Below are positions 9,811 to 19,679 of a stretch of DNA of 64,000 nt, one piece after another; position 1 is the stretch's first letter, and the number at the start of each line of letters is the position of its first letter. The stretch comes from a virus (Duplodnaviria > Caudoviricetes). The DNA is taken from IMG/VR virus record IMGVR_UViG_3300034523_000162, positions 1,842-65,841 of that record. One strand, given 5' to 3'. A program made the translations under genes and the position numbers. The notes beneath the pieces were generated by a model. That model worked only from the letters and a program-made list of their open reading frames with translations. It was not told the origin of the DNA and ran no database searches.

Positions 9811-12800
9811 TTATGGTTTCTCGTTCATGCGGCGCAGCTCGCGGCGCATACCTTTCACTTCGTCCTGCAGCTCGCCGAACAGGTCGACCAGCTCGCCCAG
9901 CTGCTGGGTTTGGTCCTGGCCGGTGGTGACGATGGCTTTTACCACCTCACCGGCGCCGCCCTGCCCGCCGCCAGTCCCGCCAGCGCCAGCGGCCATCGCG
10001 GCCGATTGGCCGGCGGTGTAGACCTGCTCGCCGCCCCGGAAGGCGACCAGCTCGGGGCCTTGCTCGCCGACCCATGCCATGCCCCGGGGTGCGTTGTAGG
10101 TACCGGTGGCAAAGCCCGGCAGCTCCAGCTGCTTGCCCAGGTTCTCGATGGTCTTGCGGATGAAATCCGCCATCGTCGTGTACTGCTCGCTGCTGGCGTA
10201 GAAGTCGCGGCCGATCTTGAGCAGCTGGTCGGCGTAGCCGGTGATGCTGCCCTGGGCGTCCTTGTCACCGCCCCGGGCTTTCTCCAGCTGCGCGTCGAAC
10301 TGGCGCTGTGCCTCGGCCAGGCGCTCGGCCGGGGTCAGGGTGCTGGTGTCGCCCAGCTTCTGGCCGTCGAGCCATGCCTTGTAGCTCTCGCCCAGTTCCT
10401 TGGCGGCGGCGATCGCCTGCTCGTTGAAGTTCTTGATGGCCTGCAGGCGCTCAGCGGCCAGCACCTGCTCGAGCATCACGATGTCGAGGCCGTTGTGCTT
10501 GGCCTGCTCCAGCTCCTGCTCGGCCTGGGCGTCGAACACGGCCAGCATGGCCTTGCGCTTGGCCTCGGTGTCGTCGCCCAGGTCGGCCAGGCGCTTGGCG
10601 ATGCTGGCGTTACCGCCACGGATGGCCATATCGGCCTGTTTCATGGCGTCGGCGAACTCGCCGGCGAGCACGCTGGCCAGGCGCTCCAGCTGCGCGGCGC
10701 TGTAGCCGGCGGCCTTGGCGCTGGCCATCTCGGCGCGCTGCTGCTCTTTCAGGGCGATGACGGAGGCCTCGCGGTCCATGTAGCCGAGCACGGCCTGGCG
10801 CTGGTCCAGGTTGACGTCCAGCTTGCGGATCTGCTCCTGGTACTGCTCGATGACGGCCTTGCGACCGGCCTCGATGCCGGCTTCGATCAGGCCGAGGTTC
10901 GCGCCCACCAGGGCGGCGTCCTTGCGGGTCAGCGCGGCCTGCTTGTCGTAATCGCGCAGCGCCATGGCCTGCTGGTCGGTCAGGCTCATGCCGATCGACT
11001 GCTTGGCGGCGTCCTCGAGGCCGTCGGCCAGCTTGCGCAGGTTGGCGGCGCGGGTCTGCTCGATCTCGGCCATCTTGGTGGCGTCGGCCGCGACCGTCTC
11101 GAAGGCCAGCGAGGCCTCGGCCAGGGCGGCGTTGAGCGATTCCACCTGTTTGCTGATGTCGGTGGCGTCCATGTCCTTGATCGAGGCGTAGTTCTTGAAG
11201 ATCTGTTCCAGGCGGCCGAAGGCGTCCTGCGTCGTCTCGTCCTTTTTCTTGAAGTTGTCGATGTTCGGGGCGGCGGCGGTCAGCAGCTTCTCGACGTAGC
11301 CGTCCATCCACTCGCTGAAACCGTCGGTACCGCCGTGGTACTGGCCGTTGACGGCGGCGGTGCGGCTCAACAGGTCAATACCGGCGGTGTCGCCGACGCT
11401 GTCGATGTAGTCGGCCAGGCCGCCCAGCTTCTCGTTGACCTCGCTCTGGAAGCCGTCGGGAAGGTCCAGGTACTTGATCGACTTCTTCTTCTTGCCGAAC
11501 ATTTTTTTCTTGACCCACACCTGGTACTGGCGGCCGTCGGTCATTTCGGTACCGGAGAAGTTGGCCTCGATGCCCTGCTCTTTCAGCTTCTTGTTCGAGC
11601 CGAACAGCGAGCCGATCAGGCCGCCGATGACGGCACCGGCCAGGGCGCCGACCGGGCCGGCGAACGCGCCCACCTGGGCGCCCAGCGCGGCGCTGGAAAC
11701 GCCCGCCGCTGCGCCCACGACGGCGCCGGCCGAGCCGAGCGCGCCGGAGTACTTGCCGCCGCCGACCCAGTCGCCGATGTAGTTGCCGGCGATGCCGTAG
11801 CCCATGTAGCCGAGGTTGGAAATGGTGCCGGCGTTGGCGAACATGCCGCCGGAAATGTTGCCGCCGGCCATGGTCGCGCCCTGCAGGCCGCTGGTGCCGC
11901 TGGCCCAGCCACCGAACTGGGACAGGCCCAGGCCGACGCTGTTGCCGCCGAATGCGCCCTGCACGCCGTTCCACAGCCCGCTGACGCCGCTGCCGACGTT
12001 GGCCATAAAGCCCTTGCCCAGGGTGTACGCCTGGTTGAGGCTGCTCATGGTGCTCATGAGGTTGCCGCCGCCCCCGCCGCTGCTGGCGGCGCTGAAACCG
12101 CCGCCGCTGAACAGGTTGCTGAACCAGCTGGTGGCGTTGCTGGCGCCGGTGCTGACCACGTTGCCCAGGGACTGGAGGAACGACAGGCCGCTGCTGCCAA
12201 TGCTGCTGCCGCCGGTACCGGAGCCGCCGAACAGCTTCCCGAGGGACTGGAGCAGGCCACCGCTGCTGGTGACGCTGCCGCCGCCGACGCCGGCGGTGGC
12301 GCCGTTGCCGTTGCCCAGGACGTTGTTGAGGATTTGGGTCACGTTGCCGCTGTTCAGGCCCATCATCTGCCCGGTTCCCTGGAGGATCGGCAGCAAAATC
12401 GGCTTGATGGCGGCCTGGTAGGCCAGCTCGGCGACCAGACGCTTGAACATCGACTTGATGCCGTCGGTCATCTTCTGGAAGGCGTTCTCACCCTCGGTGA
12501 AGGCCGAAATGAACGACTCTTTAAAGCCGTCCTCGATCTCGCTGGCGATCGACGCGAACTTCTGCGCCATCGGGTCCAGTTGGTTCTGTGCCTCGATCAA
12601 CTCCTTTTTCGCCGCGATCAGCGATCGGCGGATGGCCTCGACCTGCTCGGGGGTCTTGGCGACCTTGGCCAGCTTCTCCAGGTCGGCGACCTGCTTGTTG
12701 TACTTCTCCTGGGCGTTGGCGGTGGACTCGACCATGCGCTGCAGCTCGGTGGCATGGTCGACGCGCAGGCGGGCGCTGTCGTTGGCCGCCTGGGCCTTGC

Positions 12801-15609
12801 GCAGCTCCTCGGCCTCGGCCTTGACCGCTGCCGCGTTCTTGCCCGACAGGGCCGCGCTGATGGCCTTCTCGTTGTTGTAGGCGCGCAGGGCGGCCTCACC
12901 CCCAAGGATGGCGGTGGCGTGCGCCTGCTGCTCGGCGGTGTCCTTCTGCAGCTCGGCGGTGGTCTTGGCCAGGTCGGCGCGATCGCGGGCGTCGTGTTCC
13001 TTGTTGATCAGGTCGACGACCTGCTGGCGGGCCGAGGCGTTGACCTTGAGCATCTCCTTTTCGACTTCGGCCTGGATGCCGGCGACGCGCACGGCTTCGG
13101 CGTTCTTGCCGTAGGCCTCGGCCAGCCGGTTGGCGTTGTCGATGGCGTTCTTTTGGTCCTTGATGAAGTCCTTGAGCGCGTCGGCCTCGCGGTTGGCGTC
13201 TTTTTGGGTGTCCTTGCTGGGCGTGGTGTTGGCCTTGATGGTCGCCAGGATGCCGGTCATGCGGTCCTGGGCGGCTTTCAGGGTGTCCTGGTACGCCTTC
13301 GCGCCGGCGGCACCGGTGCGGTTGGCGGCCTCGGTGACGGTCATAACGCCCTCAGCCACCAGCGGCGCCAGCATGGCGGCCTTCTCGGCGATGGCGATGG
13401 CCTGCATGGCGTTCGCCTCGAGCACGGCGGTGCGCATGGCGCTGTCCTTGGCCTTGGCGGCCTCGGCGGTGTTGGCGTCCTTGAGGGCTTTCTCGTACTT
13501 GTTCAGGGCCTCGGCCTGCTTGGCCAGCACCACCACATAGGCCTGGCGCTCGGGCGAGAAGCCCTTTTGCGCGGCCTGGTAGGCGACCTCCTCCGACTTG
13601 AGCATGCCGATGGTGTCGCGGGCGGCGACCAGCTTGCCGATGAACTTCGACCACTCCTCGCCGTTGGCGTCCATGCCGCTGGCGCCGTCGGTAACGTTCT
13701 TGTTGAGCCCCAGGATGGCCTGGGCGGCCATGTCGGCCGGGTTCTTGATCAGGTCGATGCGGGCCTGGTAGTTGGCCGCGCGCTTGGCGCTATCGTCCAT
13801 TTGGACGGCGGCCGCGCCCACCCGCATCTTGAAATCGTCCATGGCCTTGCCGGTCATGCCGGCCTTCTCGGCGATGGCGGTCAGCGATTCCAGCATCTGC
13901 TGGCTGTCGATCTTGCCGGTGCTGCCCTGCTCGAGCAGGTCGGCGACCTGCTTTTGCCGCGCCAGGGTGGCTTGCTGCTCGGCCATGCTGGTCGGTGCAC
14001 CGGTCTTGCCCGAGGCGTGCTGCAGGCGGGTGAGCTGCTCGAGCTGCTCGCGCATATTGGCCACGGCGCCCTTCATGGCCTCGTTCTCGGCCTCCAGGTT
14101 CTTGGCCAGGTCCAGGCGCAGCGATTCGCGCTTGGCTTCGTTCAGGGTCTTGAGGTGCTTCAGGTACTCCTGGGCGTTGCGGCCGGTGTCCACCAGGGTC
14201 TTGTTGAAGGCGGTTTCAGCCTCCTGGGCGGTGGTGGCGTTGGCCGCGTACAGCAGATAGACCGCCGCAACGGCGCTCAGGAGGCCCAGCAGCGCGCCCA
14301 GGGGGTTGGTGAGGGCAATGGCCGCCCCGAAGCCGGCAGCGGCCTTGGAGGCCGTGCCAAGGCTCAGGCCGAGGGCCGACGCGCCCACGGCCGCCGCCCG
14401 GGTGCCGACGCTGAAGGCGGTCAGGGCGCTGGTGGCGCTCAGGATGGCCCCGGCGACCTTGCCGGCGGCCCACAGGCCGATGAACACGTCCAGGTGGTCG
14501 ATCATGAACATCAGCGCCTTGGCGCCGACGTCCAGGGCGACGGCCAGCAGGTTGACGGCCGTGGTGGTGCTGTTGAGCGCTTCGTTGGACTCCAGGCGGG
14601 TGATCAGGTCGGCGATCGCCTTGCCGAACACTGCCGACGCGCCGGCGGCTTCGTCCGCGCGGCCCACCAGCTGGATCATGGTGCTGTCGACGCGAGCCAT
14701 GCTGTTGCTGACGCTGACGAATACGCCGGCGAATTCCTGGTCGATGTAGTCCTTTTGCTGCTGCAGGGCGCCGATCATCTTTTTGGCGGTGATCTGGCCT
14801 TCGGCGCCCATGGCGCGCAGCTGGCCGATCGAGACGCCCAGGCCGTTGGCGATCGCCTGGGCGAGCCGTGGCGCCTGCTCCATGACCGAGTTCAGTTCGT
14901 CGCCGCGCAGGGCGCCCGACGCCATGGCCTGGCTGAGCTGGAACAGCGCCGCCTCGGCCGACGCGGCCGGGGTCCGGCTGATCATCAGCGTCTTGTTGAT
15001 GGTGTCGGTGATGCTCACCAGCTGCGTCTGGTTGAGGTTCAGTTCCTGGCTGGCCCGGGCCATACGGGCGTACAGCTCGACGGTGCCCTTGAGGCTCTGC
15101 GCGGTCTGCTGGCTGATCTGGTACAGGTCGCGCCAGGCGCTGTTCATCGCCTGGGTGGACTCGGCGGTTAGCATGATCTGCCCGCGCAGGGCGCCATAGG
15201 TGTCGGCGTAGTTCATCAGCTGGCTGACGCCCAGGCTGATGCCGATCGCCGCCATGCCAGCCTTGAGCAGCTGCAGCGCCTTGCTGGTGGCCTTGGCCTG
15301 TTCTTCGTGCTTGCGCAGCTCGCTGGCGTTACCGGCCAGCGCAGCGGTCAATTTGAGGACGGAGCCGGTGGCTGCGGCCGTGGCCACCTCGTAAAGGGAC
15401 CAGGCGCGCGCCAGGCTGCCGATCTGTCGTGCAAGGGTGGTGGCGACGCCGGCGATCGACTTGAACGCCGACGTAACCATGCGCTCCATCCGAATCGCGG
15501 TTGTCTCGACCTGACGCCCCTGGCTCTCGAATCGGCCCAGTTCGTCCCGTGCTCGCTTGATGTCGCCCGTGTCGACCTCAAAGCCCAATACCGCGATGTC
15601 TTCGCTCAT
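9811..15609 (-). CDS. Tail tape measure protein
   Basis: 1932 aa; N-terminal tape-measure domain (QLSQAMASGALRGDELNSVMEQAP), Ala-rich helices, C-terminal FATGT..VGEQGPEL. Confidence 0.95.
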   Translation of the reverse strand: MSEDIAVLGFEVDTGDIKRARDELGRFESQGRQVETTAIRMERMVTSAFKSIAGVATTLARQIGSLARAWSLYEVATAAATGSVLKLTAALAGNASELRKHEEQAKATSKALQLLKAGMAAIGISLGVSQLMNYADTYGALRGQIMLTAESTQAMNSAWRDLYQISQQTAQSLKGTVELYARMARASQELNLNQTQLVSITDTINKTLMISRTPAASAEAALFQLSQAMASGALRGDELNSVMEQAPRLAQAIANGLGVSIGQLRAMGAEGQITAKKMIGALQQQKDYIDQEFAGVFVSVSNSMARVDSTMIQLVGRADEAAGASAVFGKAIADLITRLESNEALNSTTTAVNLLAVALDVGAKALMFMIDHLDVFIGLWAAGKVAGAILSATSALTAFSVGTRAAAVGASALGLSLGTASKAAAGFGAAIALTNPLGALLGLLSAVAAVYLLYAANATTAQEAETAFNKTLVDTGRNAQEYLKHLKTLNEAKRESLRLDLAKNLEAENEAMKGAVANMREQLEQLTRLQHASGKTGAPTSMAEQQATLARQKQVADLLEQGSTGKIDSQQMLESLTAIAEKAGMTGKAMDDFKMRVGAAAVQMDDSAKRAANYQARIDLIKNPADMAAQAILGLNKNVTDGASGMDANGEEWSKFIGKLVAARDTIGMLKSEEVAYQAAQKGFSPERQAYVVVLAKQAEALNKYEKALKDANTAEAAKAKDSAMRTAVLEANAMQAIAIAEKAAMLAPLVAEGVMTVTEAANRTGAAGAKAYQDTLKAAQDRMTGILATIKANTTPSKDTQKDANREADALKDFIKDQKNAIDNANRLAEAYGKNAEAVRVAGIQAEVEKEMLKVNASARQQVVDLINKEHDARDRADLAKTTAELQKDTAEQQAHATAILGGEAALRAYNNEKAISAALSGKNAAAVKAEAEELRKAQAANDSARLRVDHATELQRMVESTANAQEKYNKQVADLEKLAKVAKTPEQVEAIRRSLIAAKKELIEAQNQLDPMAQKFASIASEIEDGFKESFISAFTEGENAFQKMTDGIKSMFKRLVAELAYQAAIKPILLPILQGTGQMMGLNSGNVTQILNNVLGNGNGATAGVGGGSVTSSGGLLQSLGKLFGGSGTGGSSIGSSGLSFLQSLGNVVSTGASNATSWFSNLFSGGGFSAASSGGGGGNLMSTMSSLNQAYTLGKGFMANVGSGVSGLWNGVQGAFGGNSVGLGLSQFGGWASGTSGLQGATMAGGNISGGMFANAGTISNLGYMGYGIAGNYIGDWVGGGKYSGALGSAGAVVGAAAGVSSAALGAQVGAFAGPVGALAGAVIGGLIGSLFGSNKKLKEQGIEANFSGTEMTDGRQYQVWVKKKMFGKKKKSIKYLDLPDGFQSEVNEKLGGLADYIDSVGDTAGIDLLSRTAAVNGQYHGGTDGFSEWMDGYVEKLLTAAAPNIDNFKKKDETTQDAFGRLEQIFKNYASIKDMDATDISKQVESLNAALAEASLAFETVAADATKMAEIEQTRAANLRKLADGLEDAAKQSIGMSLTDQQAMALRDYDKQAALTRKDAALVGANLGLIEAGIEAGRKAVIEQYQEQIRKLDVNLDQRQAVLGYMDREASVIALKEQQRAEMASAKAAGYSAAQLERLASVLAGEFADAMKQADMAIRGGNASIAKRLADLGDDTEAKRKAMLAVFDAQAEQELEQAKHNGLDIVMLEQVLAAERLQAIKNFNEQAIAAAKELGESYKAWLDGQKLGDTSTLTPAERLAEAQRQFDAQLEKARGGDKDAQGSITGYADQLLKIGRDFYASSEQYTTMADFIRKTIENLGKQLELPGFATGTYNAPRGMAWVGEQGPELVAFRGGEQVYTAGQSAAMAAGAGGTGGGQGGAGEVVKAIVTTGQDQTQQLGELVDLFGELQDEVKGMRRELRRMNEKP

Positions 15610-16001
15610 GCACCACCCTGCTGCTTGGTAGGCGGTTTGTTCTCCGCCTGGTGATCTAGGTGCGCCTGGTCCAGTGCTCGCAGGGTTTCCACCTCCCAGG
15701 GGGATGGGTGGTTGCCCGTGAGCGCCGCCCAGGCGGCCATTTCTGTAAAGCCGATGGGGCTGGGTCCGAAGCCGCTACCACCGCGCGCGGCGTGCAGCTC
15801 CAGATACCAGCCCCATACGTGATCGACGGCGGCCGGCAGCTCGGGGCCATCGAGTTGGGCAGGTCTGCGGCCGGCGGCGCGCTCGACCTGCTCCAGGTTT
15901 TGCCTGTTGGTGATCGCCTTCGGGTCGGCGCTTATGCGGTCACCGAGCCAGAACTGGTGCTTGGCGAATTCGAGGATTGCGCCTCGGCACTCGGCAAAAA
16001 A
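15606..16001 (-). CDS. Tail assembly chaperone C-terminal extension (gpGT-like), reached by -1 frameshift
   Basis: The -1 frame after TTTTTTG is open to 15606 and encodes PELPAAVDHVWGWYLELHAARGGSGFGPSPIGFTEMAAW..WEVETLRALD; its stop overlaps the tape measure ATG. Confidence 0.8.
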   Translation of the reverse strand, partial: FFAECRGAILEFAKHQFWLGDRISADPKAITNRQNLEQVERAAGRRPAQLDGPELPAAVDHVWGWYLELHAARGGSGFGPSPIGFTEMAAWAALTGNHPSPWEVETLRALDQAHLDHQAENKPPTKQQGGA

Positions 16002-16393
16002 TTGGCGCGCTCGTTGATGAAGCGGTCGGCCTGGTCACGAATGAACGGGTACTTGGTGTACAGGGCGGTGGCGGACTGGCGGGTGCAGGCGATCGGCTGG
16101 CCGTCCAGGCCCAGGAAGCCTTCCCAGCGCACGGTGACGCCGGCGAGCATGTTGATGGTTTCCGCTTCCAGCTCCTCGGCGGTCATCTTGACGTTGCGCT
16201 TGGCCAGGCGCTTGTTCAGGTTGATGTTCTGCGCGGTGCGGTACGCCTGCGAGTCGGAGCCCTGCAGGAAGATGATCATCTTGGCGCGGCCGTGCTCGTC
16301 GCGGTCAACGACACCGTTCGGGCCTTCTACTTCCAGGGCGGCGCCTTGATCGGCGTGGGCTACGGTGTCGAACGATGCTGGCATTTGAAACAT
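15932..16393 (-). CDS. Tail assembly chaperone (gpG-like)
   Basis: Between tail tube and tape measure; ends ..PFIRDQADRFINERANFL. Confidence 0.8.
   Translation of the reverse strand: MFQMPASFDTVAHADQGAALEVEGPNGVVDRDEHGRAKMIIFLQGSDSQAYRTAQNINLNKRLAKRNVKMTAEELEAETINMLAGVTVRWEGFLGLDGQPIACTRQSATALYTKYPFIRDQADRFINERANFLPSAEAQSSNSPSTSSGSVTA
15995..16001 (-). other. Programmed -1 frameshift slippery site TTTTTTG
   Basis: AAT TTT TTG near the end of the chaperone gene; same heptamer as the P2 E/E+E' site. Confidence 0.75.
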
Positions 16394-16425
16394 GGGGCTT
16401 TCCTCGCTTGGGGTTTGGTGCGGCG

Positions 16426-16475
16426 CTTCGCTCTTTTAGCGGTTTAGCGAAATAGCGATATCGCTAAAGGGCGAA
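16426..16475. repeat. 8-bp unit array A (TTCGCTAW family, inverted orientation)
   Basis: Minus strand: TTCGCCCT TTAGCGAT ATCGCTAT TTCGCTAA ACCGCTAA; intergenic. Confidence 0.75.
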
Positions 16476-16486
16476 GCGCTCGCGGG

Positions 16487-17638
16487 TTAGTTAGAACGCT
16501 GGATGATTAGGGAGGTGTTGGTGGCCGAGTCGACCAGGGCCTGGTACTGGTACTGGCTGGTTACCGGGCCCTCCTGCGGCGGGTCCATGGTGCTGGAGCT
16601 GAACTTGGTGCGCGGCATGTGCACGGCCAGGAAGTCAGTCCCGTTCGGGTCATCCATCCGGCACGAAATGGCTTTCTCCAGCTCGTTCTCGAAGATGTTG
16701 TGCAGGGTCGCGTTCTCGAAGAACGCCGACAGGTTGCCGGTGACCTGGGCGGTGCCCTCGAACACGTCCGGGCTGAACCGGGAGCCGCACACCGGCTGCA
16801 CCGAGCGGCCGTTGGCGATGGTCAGGTCCAGGCTGGTGACAACGGCCTGCGGGACGCCGTCGACCAGGATGTTGGCCTGGAACGCCACCAGCGGGCTGTT
16901 GCTCGGGGCGGCGGCCGGGGTGCCGAGGGACGAGCCCGCGAAGGCGCCGCCGCTCATGCCCAGCAGTTCCAGCGTGCCGCCGATCATCTGGTCGGGCTGC
17001 ATGCTGATGCTCATGCTGTTGATGGCCACGCCGCGAAACACCTGGTACTGGGCAACGTCCGGGAAACGACGCTCAAGGGTGTAAGTGGTCAGGGTGCTGC
17101 CCACCTTGAGGATCTTGCCGACGCCGGCAATGGTGCGGCTGGCGGCCGAGGCCTCGGTGGTCAGGGTCTTGCTGACGAACAGGTCCAGGGCGGTGACCGA
17201 CACCACGGTCGCGCGGCCGTTGTTGCCGCCGGTGGCAAAGCCGGTGACGTTGACCTCGCAGCCCGGGAAGAAGCCGTCTGTCAGGAACGAGCCGCTGGCG
17301 CGGGTGAACTTGTTGGTGCCGGAAGCGGCCGCCAAGTTGACCGCTGCGTGGGTCGGGGCGTTGACCCAGGTGCTGGACATGGCGCCTTCGAGCATGTCGT
17401 CGAAGCTGGCCACGGACAGTTCATAACCCAGGCTGCCACCGACCTGCTCGAAGCCGTGGCGCATGTCGGCCACCTGGCGGTCCTGGCGGCGTTCCTGCGA
17501 CACGATCGCCGATCGGGTCTTGTTGATGTTGCGGCTCATGGCGCGCAGCGTCTTCATGGACGGCGAGCCGGGGGTGGTGCCGCGAGTGACCTCTTTGACG
17601 TAGCTGAGGCCGACGTTAGCGCCAGATGCAAGTGGCAT
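16487..17638 (-). CDS. Major tail tube protein
   Basis: LSYVKEVTRGTTP N-terminus, ERRFPDVAQYQVFRG; position after the tail terminator. Confidence 0.85.
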   Translation of the reverse strand: MPLASGANVGLSYVKEVTRGTTPGSPSMKTLRAMSRNINKTRSAIVSQERRQDRQVADMRHGFEQVGGSLGYELSVASFDDMLEGAMSSTWVNAPTHAAVNLAAASGTNKFTRASGSFLTDGFFPGCEVNVTGFATGGNNGRATVVSVTALDLFVSKTLTTEASAASRTIAGVGKILKVGSTLTTYTLERRFPDVAQYQVFRGVAINSMSISMQPDQMIGGTLELLGMSGGAFAGSSLGTPAAAPSNSPLVAFQANILVDGVPQAVVTSLDLTIANGRSVQPVCGSRFSPDVFEGTAQVTGNLSAFFENATLHNIFENELEKAISCRMDDPNGTDFLAVHMPRTKFSSSTMDPPQEGPVTSQYQYQALVDSATNTSLIIQRSN

Positions 17639-17661
17639 GGGGTGTCTCCTTTCCTGGTGGT

Positions 17662-18096
17662 TTAGCTATTGGGGCGGTGCAGGTAGTACGTGACGCTGAT
17701 GGGGATGCCGTACCAGTCAGGCTCGGGCATCGCCGGCCCGGCCTGGGCCTTGCGGCTGACCACGGTTGTCTCCCCGTAGGTCATGAATCCGCTAAGCCCT
17801 GGCCGGAAGGCCTGGCAGATGGCGCTGGCCATCTGTTCGGCTGCCTTGGTGCCCTTTCCCGCCGGGTAAAACACGGTGATCTGCCACACGCCGTCGTCTC
17901 GCAGCAGCCCGTCGCTCGCTCCATTGCTGCCGAAGCTGGCGACCGTCGTACTGGCCGGCATCAGCTTCTCTTTCAACCAGGGAGTGCCCGGGGTGGGATC
18001 GTACCCTTCGTTCTCCCAGGCGTGACCTGTGGGCAATCCGGCCACTTGCAGGAGCCGCTGCCGTAGGGCGGCGCGGACGTTGAAAAGCTCGCTCAT
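17662..18096 (-). CDS. Tail terminator-like protein (DUF4128-like)
   Basis: AWENEGYDP..GVWQITVFYPAGKG..WYGIPISVTY. Confidence 0.75.
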   Translation of the reverse strand: MSELFNVRAALRQRLLQVAGLPTGHAWENEGYDPTPGTPWLKEKLMPASTTVASFGSNGASDGLLRDDGVWQITVFYPAGKGTKAAEQMASAICQAFRPGLSGFMTYGETTVVSRKAQAGPAMPEPDWYGIPISVTYYLHRPNS

Positions 18097-18099
18097 GGG

Positions 18100-18486
18100 T
18101 TACTTCCCTCGAAGTCGGCGGGCGTGGCCTTCGGCGATCGCCTTGGCTTGCGCCAGGGCGATGCGGACCATGCCGTTGGGGGCTTGCTGGCTCCAGCCGT
18201 ACTCCAGCCGGAGGATGTAGCGGGTGTTGTTCAGGAAGAAGAACCGGTCGCCGGCCTGCATCTGCGCCGTGACCAGCGCCAGCTGGCTCAGGGGCTCGCC
18301 GGTACCGGTGGCTGTGCCGCTGTTGAGGCTGGGCTGCCAGCTGCCGCGTGCAAAGCCGGTGTCGACGGGGGTGCCCTCGACGACCAGCTGGCCCAGGTCC
18401 TGGCAGGTCAGGGCGGCGACGGCATCCATATTGGCGCCGGCCTTCCTGATGATCCTGGACAGGTCCGATGCAAAGCGTTTCCCCAT
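18100..18486 (-). CDS. HK97 gp10-family neck/tail completion protein
   Basis: TPVDTGFARGSW and YILRLEYGWSQQAPNGMVR. Confidence 0.85.
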   Translation of the reverse strand: MGKRFASDLSRIIRKAGANMDAVAALTCQDLGQLVVEGTPVDTGFARGSWQPSLNSGTATGTGEPLSQLALVTAQMQAGDRFFFLNNTRYILRLEYGWSQQAPNGMVRIALAQAKAIAEGHARRLRGK

Positions 18487-18487
18487 G

Positions 18488-18856
18488 TCAGGCCTCGGCG
18501 TAGAGCTTCCAGAGGATCGGGGCCCCGTCCGGCGCCAGCTCGTATTGCCAGAAGACGGTGCGGGTCTTGCCGCCGGCGATCAGCTGCCAGCCCTTCCCGG
18601 GGGTGTGCGGGGCGCCCTTGGCGGCCACCCAGCACTCCACGACGTCGCGGCCGACCAGGCTGCCGGGCTCAAAGTCCCGGCTTTTGCCTGGCGGCAGGAT
18701 GACGGCGCGGCGGTTCATGGTCAGGACCAGGCCGCCGGTTTCCTCCTGGCTGACAGGATCGCGCTCGCCTGGCTGCTCGAAGCGCAGCACGACGGGGCCG
18801 CCGGCCTCCTCGATCGCCTCCAGGGCGCTGTCGATCTCGTCGCCGTAGATGGTCAC
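18488..18856 (-). CDS. Head-tail joining protein
   Basis: Size and position; C-terminal LAPDGAPILW. Confidence 0.6.
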   Translation of the reverse strand: MTIYGDEIDSALEAIEEAGGPVVLRFEQPGERDPVSQEETGGLVLTMNRRAVILPPGKSRDFEPGSLVGRDVVECWVAAKGAPHTPGKGWQLIAGGKTRTVFWQYELAPDGAPILWKLYAEA

Positions 18857-19464
18857 AGGTCATAACCCTCGGGCGCGGCCGGGTTGAAGCCCGGGCGGTG
18901 GCTCGGGTTGTCGTGCATGCCGACGTCGAACTGGGCCGGGTCGTCGTTGCCCCACTGAGGCAGCATGCCGTCGACGTCCGATTCGCAGCGCAGGAGGCTG
19001 GCCAGCAGGCCGAGCGCCGCCTGGTAGACGGTGTGGCCCGGGGCGCCGGCGGCGTAAACGGTGGTGATAGGGCCGACGGTCTTGCTCTGCACCTGGCCGC
19101 CGCGCTTGAGCGCCGGCGTCAGGTCCTCGCCCTGGGCGACGAGGCCGGCCAGGTAGCAGGTGGCGTCGACGACTTGGAACGGCACGACGTTGTCGGGGAT
19201 GGCGTCGCCGTGGCGCTCCACAGCGCCGCTACGCGGCCAGGGCATGCGCTGGCCGTACCCTTGGGCCTTGCGGCCCTTGAACGCGTAACGCTGGGCGTCG
19301 CTGAGGCTTGCCGAGGCCTTCACCAGGGCGGCCTCCTTATCGCCTTCGGCCAGCGCCGCCCAGGCGGTGTCGCCCCGGGCGGAGAAGTAGGTGTCGGCAG
19401 CGGCCACGCTGGCCAGGCTGACGGCGTCGGTCTTGCCGGTACCGTCCTCGACAATGATCGTCAT
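18853..19464 (-). CDS. Head-tail adaptor (DnaT-like annotated family)
   Basis: MTIIVEDGTG..SVAAADTYF..QRMPWPR..KTVGPITTVY. Confidence 0.75.
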   Translation of the reverse strand: MTIIVEDGTGKTDAVSLASVAAADTYFSARGDTAWAALAEGDKEAALVKASASLSDAQRYAFKGRKAQGYGQRMPWPRSGAVERHGDAIPDNVVPFQVVDATCYLAGLVAQGEDLTPALKRGGQVQSKTVGPITTVYAAGAPGHTVYQAALGLLASLLRCESDVDGMLPQWGNDDPAQFDVGMHDNPSHRPGFNPAAPEGYDL

Positions 19465-19679
19465 GCTGGCAGCGCCTCCACCTCGCGGGAGAGGCCGGTG
19501 GCCTCGCCTACAACCTCAACCTGGACAACGTTCAAGCGGATCAGGGCCTGGCCCGGGCTGTCGTTGTCGATGTGCCAGGTGATGGCGGTCACGGGCAGCT
19601 TCAGCTCGGCGCCGGTGTCGGCGTCGAACAGTTTGGTGCCCATCGGGGTCCCGTCGCTCACAACCTTGACCCGGACCAT
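19461..19679 (-). CDS. Hypothetical protein
   Basis: Coupled start/stop overlaps on both sides. Confidence 0.6.
   Translation of the reverse strand: MVRVKVVSDGTPMGTKLFDADTGAELKLPVTAITWHIDNDSPGQALIRLNVVQVEVVGEATGLSREVEALPA

Noticed and set aside
9526-15171. 1881-aa plus-strand ORF and similar long antisense ORFs (50917-54348, 5525-7678, 29241-31127)
   Set aside because: They lie opposite well-supported genes and have no motifs or RBS; this is expected shadowing from high GC3 codon bias.
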